64,000 nt of DNA from Eledone cirrhosa (lineage: Eukaryota): assembly GCA_964016885.1 (NCBI GenBank), contig OZ024766.1, positions 18,724,001 to 18,788,000 of the forward strand, in the 5' to 3' direction. The notes under the pieces are model-generated. The model had not been told where the DNA came from. It saw only the letters and a list, made by a program, of their open reading frames with translations, and did no database searches. The position numbers and the translations under genes are program-made. Of this stretch, positions 1-51,495 are shown piece after piece (the first letter of the stretch is position 1; every line of letters starts with the position of its first letter).

Positions 1-166
1 GTAAATGAGGTTGGTGTTAGGAAGGGCATCCAGCCAGAATCAGTTCCCGTATGAGCAAGACAAGGTCAGCCGACCCGACATTACCCACAACAGGACAACC
101 CGTCTAACCCATGCCAGCATGGAAGAATCGATGTAAAACGGTGATGATGATGATGATGATGATGAT
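1..166 (+). mobile_element. 3' tail of RTE-type LINE/SINE ending in (GAT)n
   Basis: GGTTGGTGTTAGGAAGGGCATCCAG...CCCATGCCAGCATGGAA...(GAT)n, same tail as the LINE at 20440-22533. Confidence 0.75.
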
Positions 167-557
167 AGAGACATGTATATAGCTAGGGGGTTTGCAGAAG
201 GGCCTCTCTATATATATATAAAAAACTTAAGGAAATTACCAAAGAAAAGACAAGACGACAAACAGAAACAAAACAAAATGAAAAACGATTTTTTAAGGGG
301 AAACCTTAAAAAATTATTTTCAAAAAGTAACAAAGTATAAATACAATCAAAGGACATCAAACCCTAGGGTCATCGGCCGTTGAGATGGACTTGGGCAGTT
401 TTGACCCCTACCAACGGTACTGCTGGTCAATACGGGGGTCACAGCATCTGGCATAACCCAAACGCTGTCCATAGCCAGTGGGTTTATTTACACAACAACC
501 TCTGAACTTACCCTCCTCAGGTAAATCAATGCAAGCAGGACACCTTAACGAACTTAC

Positions 558-37945
<37,388 letters not shown>

Positions 37946-37999
37946 CTATAAAGATGAACAAAACAGACCATTATATACACATTTATATACATAGGTGCG

Positions 38000-38071
<72 letters not shown>

Positions 38072-38084
38072 ATCATCATTATCA

Positions 38085-38698
38085 GTAGCAGTATAGGTAG
38101 AGGGTCGGACACCATGCTTTGAAGCATAGCGCTACGTCCCTTTATGATCTGAGTTCAAATCCAGCCGTACCAGTAATGTACTGGGAGTGTGTGTGTGTGT
38201 GTGTATGTGTGTGAGTGTGTGTGTGTGTCATCATCATTATCAGTGGCAGTATAGGTAGAGGGTCGGACGCCATGCTTTGAAGCATAGAGTTACGTCCCTT
38301 TATGATCTGAGTTCAAATCCAGCCGAGGTCGATAAAATAAAGTACCAGTAATGTACTGGGAGTGTCCTTGTGTGTGTGTGTGTGTGTGTGTGTGTATCAT
38401 CATTATCGGTAGAGGGTCGGCTGCCATGCTTTGAAGCATAGAGTTACGTCCCTTTACGATCTGAGTTCAAATCCCGCCGAGGTTAACTTTGCCTTTCATC
38501 CTTACGGGGTCGATAAAATAAAGTACCAGTAATGTACTGGGAGAGAGAGTGTGTGTGTGTGTGTGTGTGTGTATCATTATCAGTGGCAGTATCGGTAGAG
38601 GGTCGGACACCATGCTTTGAAGCATAGAGCTACGTCCCTTTATGATCTGAGTTCAAATCCAGCCGAGGTCGATAAAATAAAGTACCAGTAATGTACTG

Positions 38699-38734
<36 letters not shown>

Positions 38735-39100
38735 ATCATCATTATCAGTGGCAGTGTAGGTAGAGGGTCGGACGCCATGCTTTGAAGCATAGAGTTACGT
38801 CCCTTTACGATCTGAGTTCAAATCCCGCCGAGGTTAACTTTGCCTTTCATCCTTACGGGGTCGATAAAATAAAGTACCAGTAATGTACTGGGAGAGTGTG
38901 TGTGTGTGTGTGTGTGTGTATCATCATTATCAGTGGCAGTAGAGAGTAGGACTCCATGCTTTGAAGCATAGAGTTACGGCCCTTTATGATCCGAGTTCAA
39001 ATCCCGCCGAGGTCAACTTTGCCTTTCATCCTTACGGGGTCGATAAAATAAAGTACCAGTAATGTACTGGCTTATTGCTGGCCTTGTGCCTAAAATAGAA
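38085..39100 (+). repeat. Tandem array of Nin-like SINE units separated by (TG)n tracts
   Basis: About 6 units starting GGTAGAGGGTCGGAC.CCATGCTTTGAAGCATAG. Confidence 0.85.
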
Positions 39101-39266
39101 ACAATTATCAGCATCGGTAGAGGGTCGGACACCATGCTTTGACGCATAGAGTTACGGCCCTTGCCATTCTGAGTTCAAATCCCACTGTGTCCCGGCTTCA
39201 ATCTGGGGTAACCCAATAAGGTACTCAATACATTAGTAATACAACAGAATTACAATGCAAGTCGGC

Positions 39267-39313
39267 TTTTCTGATAATTTCCTTTGAATGAAACAGTGCT
39301 AGTCCTGTAAAAG
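39267..39313 (+). ncRNA. Type-I hammerhead-like motif (CUGAUAA variant), reverse complement of 9013-9059
   Basis: Same motif in inverted orientation. Confidence 0.55.
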
Positions 39314-39335
39314 ACATTTTTTAATATTAAATATG

Positions 39336-39373
<38 letters not shown>

Positions 39374-39450
39374 ACGAAGGAAATGTGGTAAGGAACCAGG
39401 TGGACCATAACGCACCAGAGTACTCAATACTTAGGGTAGTAGAGTGGGTA

Positions 39451-39567
39451 ATAGGAGAAAGTATGACCCCGACGGCAGAGCTCAAGCCGTTTCGACGGCT
39501 ATTTCTGGACCAGAAATAGCCGTCGAAACGGCTTGAGCTCTGCCGTCGGGGTCATACTCTCTCCTAT
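39451..39567. repeat. Near-perfect fold-back hairpin (about 57-bp arms); homologs at 8771-8878, 52951-53060 and 53597-53657
   Basis: ATAGGAGAAAGTATGACCCCGACGGCAGAGCTCAAGCCGTTTCGACGGCTATTTCTG followed by its reverse complement. Confidence 0.9.
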
Positions 39568-40816
39568 ATACACACATACACACACAAGGGCAGAATGAAG
39601 TACAAATCTATAATTGGATTACGTGACTATAGTAAATTAGATTGTAGGTGAAAGGGTAGAGAGAGAGATAGATAGAGAGATATATATAGAGAGGTAGATA
39701 GAGAGAGAGAGAGATAAGCAGATAGAGACAAAGAGAGGGGTAGAGAGAGAGAGAGACAAAGAGAGGGGTACAGAGAGAGACAAAAAGAGATGTAGATAGA
39801 GAGAGGTAGAGAGAGAGAGAGAGATGTACAGAAAGAGAGGGGTAGATAGAGAGATTATATATATAGAGAGAGGGGTAGATAGAGAGATTATATATATAGA
39901 GAGAGAGAGATAAGCAGAGAGAGAGAGAGGGGTAGAGAGAGATAAGCAGATAGAGACAAAGAGAAGGGTAGATAGATAGAGAGAGAGAGAGAGAGATAAG
40001 CAGATAGAGACAAAGAGAAGGGTAGATAGATAGAGAGAGAGAGATAAGCAGATAGAGACAAAGAGAGGGGTAGATAGATAGAGAGAGACAAAGAGAGGGG
40101 TAGATAGATAGAGAGAGAAAGATAAGCAGATAGAGACAAAGAGAGGGGTAGATAGATAGATAGAGAGAGAGATAAGCAGATAGAGAGGAGGGGGTAGATA
40201 GAGAGAGGTAAATAGATAAGTATTGAGAGATCAATAGATAGAGTGACATTTAGAGTAGAGCGATAGGTCACATATCGGGCGTAATATAGATAGATCGATA
40301 TATACATATATATGTATCGATTAACCCTAAATAGGTTGATAGCAAAGTGGCTTCTGTATGGAACCAAAACACACCAAGCCCAGAGACAGGTGCGTGTGTG
40401 TATATATATATATAACATGTGTATACATGTATATATACACACATGCAAACATATACACATACACATACACATATATATATATATATTTAACACATACACA
40501 TATATATAACACGTGTATACATGTATATATACACACATGCAAACATATACACATACACGTATATATATATATATATATTTAACACATACACATATATATA
40601 ACACGTGTATATATGTATATATACACACATGCAAACATATACACATACACGTATATATATATATATATTTAAGACATACACATATATATATATATATATT
40701 TAAGACATACACATATATATACATATATATTTAAGACATACACATATATATATATATATATATACACACATTATTATGGCTAAAGCGATGTGTATATATA
40801 TATATACAGATACACG

Positions 40817-40857
<41 letters not shown>

Positions 40858-41075
40858 GCAAACAGCATTATTATGGCTAAAGCGGTGTGTGTATATATAT
40901 ATATATATATATACACATACATACACACACGTATATATATATATATACATACACACACATGTATATATATATATATATATACACACACACGCAAACATAA
41001 CATTCTTTATTATGGCTAAAGCGATGTGTGTGTATATATATATATACACACACACATTTATATATATAACACATG

Positions 41076-41106
<31 letters not shown>

Positions 41107-42079
41107 GCAAACATAACATTCTTTATTATGGCTAAAGCGATGTGTGTGTATATATATACACACATACACATATATATATATAAAACATGTGTATATATAT
41201 ACACATGCAAACATATATAACATTCTTTATTATGGCTAAAGCGATGTGTGTGTATATATATATATACACACATACACATATATATAACACATGTATATAT
41301 ATATATATACACATGCAAACATATAACATTCTTTATTATGGCTAAAGCGAGTTATACCTGACAACACAGGCTCATGTGCGTATATAGCTTATATATAAAC
41401 ACAAAGGTCTGCTTAAAACTGTTCAAATTATACATACATATGTATGTATGTGTATATATACATATGTATACGTATATATATGTGTGTGTGTATATGTGTA
41501 TATATATTAGATAGAGAGAGGGAGGGTGAAACATATATATATAGAGAGAGAGAGAGAAGAGAGGGAGAGAGATAAAGAGATAGTGAGTGTGAGAGGGAGT
41601 GATAGTTTAAATGTGAGAGAGAGGGAGAGAGAAAGAGATAGTGAGGGTGAGAGATTAAGTTTGAGTGAGCAAGATAGAGAGGGTAGTAGTGACAGTGAGA
41701 GGGGGTGATAGTTTAAGTGTGAGAGAGAGGTCAGTTCTCCATCAACACAGTAATTTCTATACCAGAATGCACCGGGACCGGAACTAACAATATTAGTCAT
41801 TTTCTTAACTAAAAACAGGGTGATGGGGAGGGGGGGGAGGAAGAGAAACAAAAACGTAGAAGAGGGTGAAAGGGAGGGGAGGCGAAAGGGAAAGGATAGT
41901 AGGAGGAAGTGGAAGAAGATAAAAGTAAAGGGGGTGACGGAGGGAGGAATACAAGCGAAGGGTGAGAGGGAGGGCAATAAAGACATATAGACGAAGATGG
42001 AAGGGGTTGAAGAAAGCAGCGTGGGAAAGAAGAGGTGGGAGAGAGGAAGTGGAGAGTGTAAGCGTTAAAAAGAGAGGGG

Positions 42080-43310
42080 GATAAACGACAGTAACATACG
42101 TGTAGAGGAGGAGTAGTGAGAGTAAGAGACATACAAGAGTTTAAAAGAGAGAGGGGGATAAAAGACAGTAACATACGTGTAGAGGAGAAGGAGAGAGAGT
42201 AAGAGACATACAAGAGTTAAAAGAGAGAGGGGGATTAAAGAGAGTAACATATAGGTAAAGGAAAAAGAGGGACAGTAAGAGATATACAGGCAATAACAGA
42301 GAGGGGGATTAAAGAGAGTAACATATAGGTAAAGGAAAGAGAGGGACAGTAAGAGATATACAGGCAATAAAAGAGGGGGGAAAAGAGAGTAACATATAGG
42401 TAAAGGAAAGAGAGGGACAGTAAGAGATATACAGGCAATAAAAGAGGGGGGAAAAGAGAGTAACATATAGGTAAAGGAAAGAGAGGGACAGTAAGAGATA
42501 TACAGGCAATAAAAGAGAGGGGGAAAAGAGAGTAACATATAGGTAAAGGCGTGAGAGGGTCAGTAAGAGACATACAGGCGTTAAAAAGAGAGGGGGAAAA
42601 AGAGAGTAACATATAGGTAAAGGAGTGAGAGGGTCAGTAAGAGACATACAGGCGTTAAAAGAGAGGGGGGAAAGAGAGTAACATATAGGTAAAGGAGTGA
42701 GAAGGACAGTAAGAGACATACAAGCGTTAAAAAGAGAGGGGGGAAAAGAGAGTAACATATAGGTAAAGGAGTGAGAGGGTCAGTAAGAGACATACAGGCG
42801 TTAAAAGAGAGGTGGGAAAGAGAGTAACATATAGGTAAAGGAGAGAGAGGGACAGTAACATATAGGTAAAGGAGTGAGAGGGTAGTAAGAGACATATAAG
42901 CGTTAAAAAGAGAGGGGGGAAAAAGAGAGTAACATATACGTAAAGGAGTGAGAGGGTCAGTGAGAGATATACAAGCGTTAAAAAGAGGGGGAAAAAGAGA
43001 GTAACATATAGGTAAAGGAGTGAGAGGGTCAGTAAGAGACATACAAGCGTTAAAAAGAGAGAGGGATAAACGACAGTAACATACAAGCAAAGAAGTGAGA
43101 GGAACAGTAACATATAGGTAGAGAAGTGAGAGGGTCAGTAAGAGACATACAAGCGTTAAAAAGAGGGGGAAAAAGACAGTAACATATAGGTAAAGAAGTG
43201 AGAGGAACAGTAACATATAGGTAAAGGCGTGAGAGGGTCAGTAAGAGAAATACAGGCGTTAAAAAGAGAGGGGGATAAACGACAGTAACATACAAGCAAA
43301 GAAGTGAGAG
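42080..43310. repeat. Purine-rich about 60-75-bp degenerate tandem repeat
   Basis: AGTAACATATAGGTAAAGGAGTGAGAGGGTCAGTAAGAGACATACA units. Confidence 0.85.
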
Positions 43311-43504
43311 GAAGTGGAGGGAAGAAGGGGAGGTAATTGGCAAATAAACAAGATTACTCAAGTGTTTTGTGTGAAGCAAAGAATTACTGTATTTATATCT
43401 TGTATATAATATATTTTACACACACACATTATATATACACACATATATATATATACATGTATATATATATTGAAAGAGTGAAGAATAGCATGGTCAACAG
43501 TACA

Positions 43505-43537
<33 letters not shown>

Positions 43538-43807
43538 ATGTATATATATAACAAATAGATTACTCATGCAGAACACTTTCAAATATATAATTAATACACA
43601 CACATATATATATATATATACACACATGTATATATATATATATACACGCACACACATATATATATATATATATACTTACACGCACACACATGTATATATA
43701 TATATATACACACAATGTATATATAATATAACAAATAGATTACCCATGCAGAACACTTTCAAATATATAATTAATACACACACATATATATATATATATA
43801 TACACAC

Positions 43808-43843
<36 letters not shown>

Positions 43844-44272
43844 GCACACACATATATATATATACTTACACGCACACACATGTGTATATATATATATATA
43901 TATATATACACACAATGTATATATAATATAACAAATAGATTACCCATGCAGTATACTTTCAAATATTTAACTAATAAACTCACACATGGAGGCATATATA
44001 TATATATATATATATATAACTAACACACACGTACGTATATATATATATATATACACACACAATGCACGCAACACACATATATATATATACACACACAATG
44101 CACGCAACACACACATATATATATATATACACATAACTAATACACAATACACACATATATATATATAACTAATACACATACACAATACACGCATATATAT
44201 ATATACACACACATATAACTAATACACGCACGTATATATATATATATATACACACACATACACACACGCACG

Positions 44273-44329
<57 letters not shown>

Positions 44330-44637
44330 CCTGATTCAAAACAACTATTAAAAAGATAACGATGGATATTTTGGACAAATTAAACGACAAAGGTTGATAA
44401 AGGCATGTGTATATATATACACGTGTATATATATATATATATATACATGTGTATATATATATATATATATATATATGAGTATATATATATATATATTATA
44501 CACATAATGGTTTTGTTTGCAGGAACGGAGACACCATTAGAAAATTATATAGGGCACTCGATGCATTAAGGAAAAAAGGTAAATTATATACATACGTATA
44601 TATATATATATATATATTTATATATACAGTATGTATG

Positions 44638-44670
<33 letters not shown>

Positions 44671-44757
44671 ATATATATTATGTACCAGTCATTGACCCAA
44701 AGAGGTAGGTTGGCCTTGACATAAAGCAAACGAAATCATAAATAGACAATTATATAT

Positions 44758-44788
<31 letters not shown>

Positions 44789-44983
44789 CATAATACACAC
44801 AACTATATATATATACACGTATATATATATATACACGTATATATATATATGCACACACCTATATATATACATATACACACACACACATATATACGTATAC
44901 ACACGCACATATATATATATACACATATTCACAGACATATACACATATATATACAGACACATATTATATATATACAGACACAT

Positions 44984-45023
<40 letters not shown>

Positions 45024-45353
45024 ACACATATATATACAGACACATATATATATACACACAGACATATATATATATATATACATACACGCATATATATATA
45101 TACACACACACATATATATACATACGACTGTTTATATATTTTAAACATTTATACACTAACGATATAAACATAATCATATATATATATATATATAGTGCGT
45201 ATATACATATATATATATGTATATATATACATATACACACATTACAAATGTTTTCCAAAGTTCCTAATCAGAAACAACGAATTTAGAAGAAAATTTCAAA
45301 GGTGCCCCATTCTTTTAAATGAAATCCAATAAACATTATATACACACATATAC

Positions 45354-45386
<33 letters not shown>

Positions 45387-46307
45387 TTTATATATATACA
45401 CACATATCTAAATGCACATAGACACGCATATCTATATACACACACACACATATCTATACACATACACATATCTATATATATATATACATACACACACACA
45501 TATATATAGACACAAAAACACAGACACACACGCATATATATAGACATACATATATCTATACACATTCACACATATATATAGACACAAAAACACACATATA
45601 TAGACACACACGCATATATATAGACATACATATATCTATACACATTCACACATGTATATATATACACACACATATATATAGACATATATAAACAAACACA
45701 TATATAGATATCTAGACACATCCAGACATATATATACACATATACACACACACACACACCCATATATATATATATAGAGGGACACAAATATATCTATATA
45801 TACACACACACATATACATCTAGACATATATATACATACACACCCATATATATATATATATATCTAGACATATACACACACACACACACCCATATATATA
45901 TATATCTAGACATATATACACACACACACACACCCATATATATATATATCTAGACATATATACACACACACACACCCATATATATAGAGAGAGAGACACA
46001 CATATATATACACACACACACATATATATACACATATATATATATGACAATGGAAGTACATTTCCTTTATAAAACGATGTTGCCCCCCCCCCCCCTTAAC
46101 TTTTTCATTATAAATAAAGTGAGGGGGAATGCCCATCAAAGATAGGGACATTGTTTTATTTTTGTAAATTATATTTGAAGATCATTTAAAGGTTTCATGA
46201 CAAGCCCTTAACTGGCTAATGAGGAACATTAAATATACTATATATATATATATATATAGTTATATATATAGTATATTTATATATATATATATTTATTTAT
46301 ATATATT

Positions 46308-46342
<35 letters not shown>

Positions 46343-46343
46343 A

Positions 46344-46374
<31 letters not shown>

Positions 46375-46572
46375 TTATTTATATATTTATATATATATAT
46401 ATATATATATAGTATATTTATATATATATTTATTTATATATTTATATTTATATATTTATATATATATTTATATTTATATATTTATATATATATATTTATT
46501 TATATATTTATATATATATATTTATTTATATATTTATATATATATATTTATTTATATATTTATATATATATA

Positions 46573-46603
<31 letters not shown>

Positions 46604-47099
46604 TTATTTATATATATATGTATATATATATTAGTATATATATATTTATATATTTACATATATATATAGTATATTTATATATTTACGCATATATATATAT
46701 ATATATATAGTATATATATTTACATATATATATATATATATAGTATATATATTTACATATATATATATATATATATAGTATATTTACATACATACATACA
46801 TATTAAGTCAAATACATAGTCTAATAAAGGATTTTTAAAAATATTTTTATTTACAACAGGCACCTTGTATCGCCATCGGAACCCCGGAATATATATATAT
46901 ATATACATATAATATATATATATACATATAATATATATAATATATATACATACACATATAATATATAATATATATAAAATATATACATACATATAATATA
47001 AAATATATTTAATTCTTTGGCCAACGGTTAAACCTTTTACCGTTTCGAGAGCAAATCGAATATATATACATATATATATACACACATATATATATACAC

Positions 47100-47130
<31 letters not shown>

Positions 47131-47303
47131 TATATTAGGCAAACATATTGTGCAATATTAATTTACAGGTCTCAGTAATTGGTCGGCGGCCATGCTGGGG
47201 CACCACCTTGCTCGATGACCACGCAAAAAACTCACATAAATACATAATTAATTGCATATTTGTAATGTTAATTATATAAATATGTGTATATATATACATA
47301 TAT

Positions 47304-47336
<33 letters not shown>

Positions 47337-47490
47337 ATTTCATGCGATCTGTTTCGGTCGTTTGAAACGAAATTCGTGAGGAATGTCCAGAAACATTCCT
47401 TATGATTTCAAACGAATGGAACAGATCTAGTTCTGTAATAGTCATTTCTATATGAAATACATAACATACACAAATATACATATTTTGCAT

Positions 47491-47534
<44 letters not shown>

Positions 47535-48309
47535 TAGGTGTTCCCCAAAAATGTATACACGCCTCAAAAGAAAGGTAATCAAAGTATGTATATATTTTTT
47601 GGGGACACCCTGTATATATATATATGTATATATGTATATATACACTAATTTTATAAAGGCTAAATTTTGAGTCTTGTTACTCTAGAGTTTCGCCTGCTTC
47701 ACACAAGGTCATCAGACAAGAAGACATGGATATATATATACACATATATATGTATATATATATATATACATACATATATATATATAGCGAGAGAGAGAGA
47801 CGGCGGCCATGTTGAAAACCAGAAGACATCTCAATGGTGCAAAGCCTTTCATTACACACACACACACGCGCGTACATACATATATATACACACACACACA
47901 TATATATCAAAATATATACATAAATAAATCATCATAATAGCGACACACAAGAGTATATACATACATAAGTATGAATATATATACATATATACACATTATA
48001 TATATACATGTGTTACACAGAGAGAGAAGAAAGAGAGTGAATTGTCGGCCATGTTTGAAAATAAGACATCCTGGATGGTCTTTAGTATTCTACGCGTGTG
48101 TATATATATATATATATATAAATATATATATATACACGTTATATATCTATATACATATATATATACACGTTATATATATACACATTATATATATATATAT
48201 ATACACACACAATAGCATTTTTCAGTTGCCCCCAAAACATAACGACATCAAACTTATTTTAAGAAATAAACAATGCGCATAAATTGACATATATATATAT
48301 ATATATACA

Positions 48310-48965
48310 CACATACATAGGGTGTCCCATAAAATGTATACAGCATTCTAATAAATATATGTATACATTTTTGGGGAACATCCTGTATATATATAGGGTG
48401 TCCCATAAAATGTATACACACTTCAACAGCATTCTAATAAAAATATGTATACATTTTTGGGGAACATCCTGTATATATATAGGGTGTCCCATAAAATGTA
48501 TACACACTTCAAAAGCATTCTAATAAAAATATGTATACATTTTTGGGGAACATCCTGTATATATATAGGGTGTCCCATAAAATGTATACATTTTTGGGGA
48601 ACATCATGTATATATATATATATATATAGGGTGTCCCATAAAATGTATACACACTTCAAAAGCATTCTAATAAATATGTATACATTTTTTGGGAACATCC
48701 TATATATTTATAGGGTGTCCCATAAAATGTATACACACTTCAAAAGTATTCTAATAAATATGTATACATTTTTGGGGAACATCCTGTATATATATATATA
48801 GGGTGTCCCATAAAATGTATACACACTTGCACAGCATTCTAATAAAAATATGTATACATTTTTTGGGAACATCCTGTATATATATATATATATAGGGTGT
48901 CCCATAAAATGTATACACACTTCAACAGCATTCTAATAAAAATATGTATACATAGGGTGTCCCAA
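48310..48965. mobile_element. Tandem array of about 76-bp Tc1/mariner-like MITEs separated by (TA)n; solo relative at 47535-47612
   Basis: Each unit is TA-GGGTGTCCCATAAAATGTATACA...TGTATACATTTTTGGGGAACATCCTG-TA with imperfect terminal inverted repeats. Confidence 0.7.
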
Positions 48966-49137
48966 TATATATATATATAATTGTTTCTATTTTAGGCACA
49001 AGGCCATAATTACGCAGTATATTACTGGTACTTTATTTTAACGACCTAGTAAGGATGAAAAGCAAAGTTAACCTCGACGGGATTTGAACTCATATATATA
49101 TATATATATATAATATATAATAGTTTTAATATAGAAG

Positions 49138-49188
49138 AGATTCTACAGGACTAGAACTGTTTCATTCATTAGAAATCATCAGGAATCT
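49138..49188 (-). ncRNA. Type-I hammerhead ribozyme candidate with intact core
   Basis: AGAUUC-CUGAUGA-UUUC-UAAU-GAAU-GAAA-CAG-UUCUAGUC-CUG-UA-GAAUCU; 6-bp stem I and GUA cleavage triplet. Confidence 0.7.
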
Positions 49189-49584
49189 ATTAAAACTATT
49201 ATACTCTGCTATGTATTGAGTACCTTACTTACTGTGGTTACCTCCGATTCAACCCGGAATAACGTATATAATATATAATATATATATTATATATACTTTC
49301 TGTAGGGGAGGTCACATCAACACACAACCTATTGTATATGTATGCTATGTGTGTGTATGTATGTATAACAAGGTGAAGGTGGATTGACAGGTCGAAAGAG
49401 GAGTGTATATACTGTTGACATAATGCTAAGAAATATGTCAACCATACTACATAGTTTAATGAGAGTCTTTCTGATATATATATATATATATATATATCAT
49501 CATTTTACATCCTCTTTTCCCTGTTTGTTATATAGTTACCTATATATATATATATACACATCTTTGTATATCTATTCTGTTCTA

Positions 49585-50868
49585 CTCTAGGGCGGGGTAA
49601 AATTCCCGAGATCCATGGACGAGTTCTCTCCAGCGGTCTCTGTCCCTCATTATCGCTGCCATGTCCTGCGTCTCCAACAGACCAGTGTCTGTCCTAAGGG
49701 CATCAACATACGTTAACCTTGGTCTTCCTTTTCCAGTGTGTCCATGTAGGGGCTCCCACAGGAGCACTGAGTGCAGTGTCAACTCTGGATGTCGGTGAGC
49801 ATGTCCAGCTAACCTCAGTCTCCCTCTTCCAGTGTGTCCATGCAGGGGCTCCCACAGGAGCACAGAGTGCAGTGTCAACTCTGGATGTCGGTGAGCATGT
49901 CCAGCTAACCTCAGTCTCCCTCTTCCAGTGTGTCCATGTAGGGGCTCCCACAGGAGCACTGAGTGCAGTGTCAACTCTGGATGTCGGTGAACATGTCCAG
50001 CTAACCTCAGTCTCCCTCTTCCAGTGTGTCCATGTAGGGGCTCCCACAGGAGCACTGAGTGCAGTGTCAACTCTGGATGTCGGTGAGCATGTCCAGCTAA
50101 CCTCAGTCTCCCTCGTCCAGTGTGTCCATGTAGGGGCTCCCACAGGAGCACTGTCAATTCTGGATGTCGGTGAGCATGTCCAGCTAACCTCGTGTCCATG
50201 TAGGGGCTCCCATACAGCTCTGAGTTTTTCATCCTCAGTGTATACTGATTAATGTTCAGAGCCATCCTCAGCATTCTCATGAAGCACCCATCCACCATCT
50301 GAGTGAGTTTCTTGGTCAGTGTCCAAGTCTCAGACCTGTACAGCAGCACAGACTCCACTACAACAACGAGCCATCCTCAGCATTCTCGTGTAGCACCCAT
50401 CCACCATCTGAGTGAGTTTCTTGGCCAGTGTCCAAGTCTCAGACCCGTACAGCAGCACAGACTCCACTACAGCAATGAAGAGGCAGATCTTCAGGTCTTT
50501 GTATATCTATAGTCAGCTCAAAAGTGACACAGAGGAGACTGAGGTTAGCTGGACATGCTCATCGACATCCAGAGTTGACACTGCACTCAGTGCTCCTGTG
50601 GGGGAGCCCCTACATGGACACACTGGAAGAGGGAGACTGAGGTTAGCTGGACATGCTCACCGACATCCAGAGTTGACACTGCACTCAGTGCTCCTGTGGG
50701 AGCCCCTACATGGACACATTGGAAGAGGAAGACCGAGGTTAACCTATGTTGATGCCCTAAGGACAGACACTGGTCTGTTGGAGACGCAGGACATGGCAGC
50801 GATAATGAGGGACAGAGACCACTGGAGAGAACTCGTCCATGGATCTCGGGAATTTTACCCACCCTAGA
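49585..50868. mobile_element. Two RTE 3' fragments in inverted orientation, each with internal tandem duplications
   Basis: Minus arm 49585-50500 (ESVLLYRSETWTL...RLRLAGH repeated) and plus arm 50515-50868. Confidence 0.85.
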
Positions 50869-51495
50869 AATATCTATAGTTACCTATATATATAATACAT
50901 TAAACTTAAGTCAAACTCTGTATATATATATATATATACCTACCCAACCACGACCACTCTATTTATCTGCCCACCTATCTATTTACCCATACATCAATGT
51001 CCTTCACCCATTCGTTCACCCGTACAACTCTATATCTACCCGTCTATTTACCCATCAAGTAAGCAACCCATCCACCCAGTTAAACATTTCTAAACATAGT
51101 GCCATCACACCTACCTTTTATATACTCCAAGTCCCTGAAAATATCAAACCTTTATGTACAACACATATTACATAATTAAAACCTTAATTTAATTAAACAT
51201 TTAACAGACTTAATTAATTCAACAACATTACATAACTATGATCACATATAAAAGGATCCATCGACTTTCGTCAAATAGGACCGAGGAAAATGTTTCCTTC
51301 GGTCTTTCCAGTTGCTAATACTATCTATCGGTCACAACTCCAGGTAGAAGGAGCAACGTGGAATAAAGTGTCTTGCTCAAGGACATAAGACATCGCCTGG
51401 TCCAGCAATCAAACAAATGACCTCATGATTGCGAACCCAATTCTCTAACCACTCAGCCACACACCTTGACTGATCACATATATATATATATATAT

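Noticed and set aside
38085-39100. CRISPR-like repeat-spacer appearance (also 48310-48965)
   Set aside because: Spacers are (TG)n or (TA)n microsatellites, repeats are SINE or MITE units, the context is eukaryotic, and there are no cas genes.
40335-44578. Possible + strand exons at 40335-40389 and 44523-44578
   Set aside because: AG/GT boundaries are present, but directly joined frames hit stops, no peptide is recognisable, and the first has a weak pyrimidine tract.
39600-48300. Numerous YI/CV-rich ORFs (also 15071-15913)
   Set aside because: Translations of (TA)n, (CA)n and (GA)n microsatellites.
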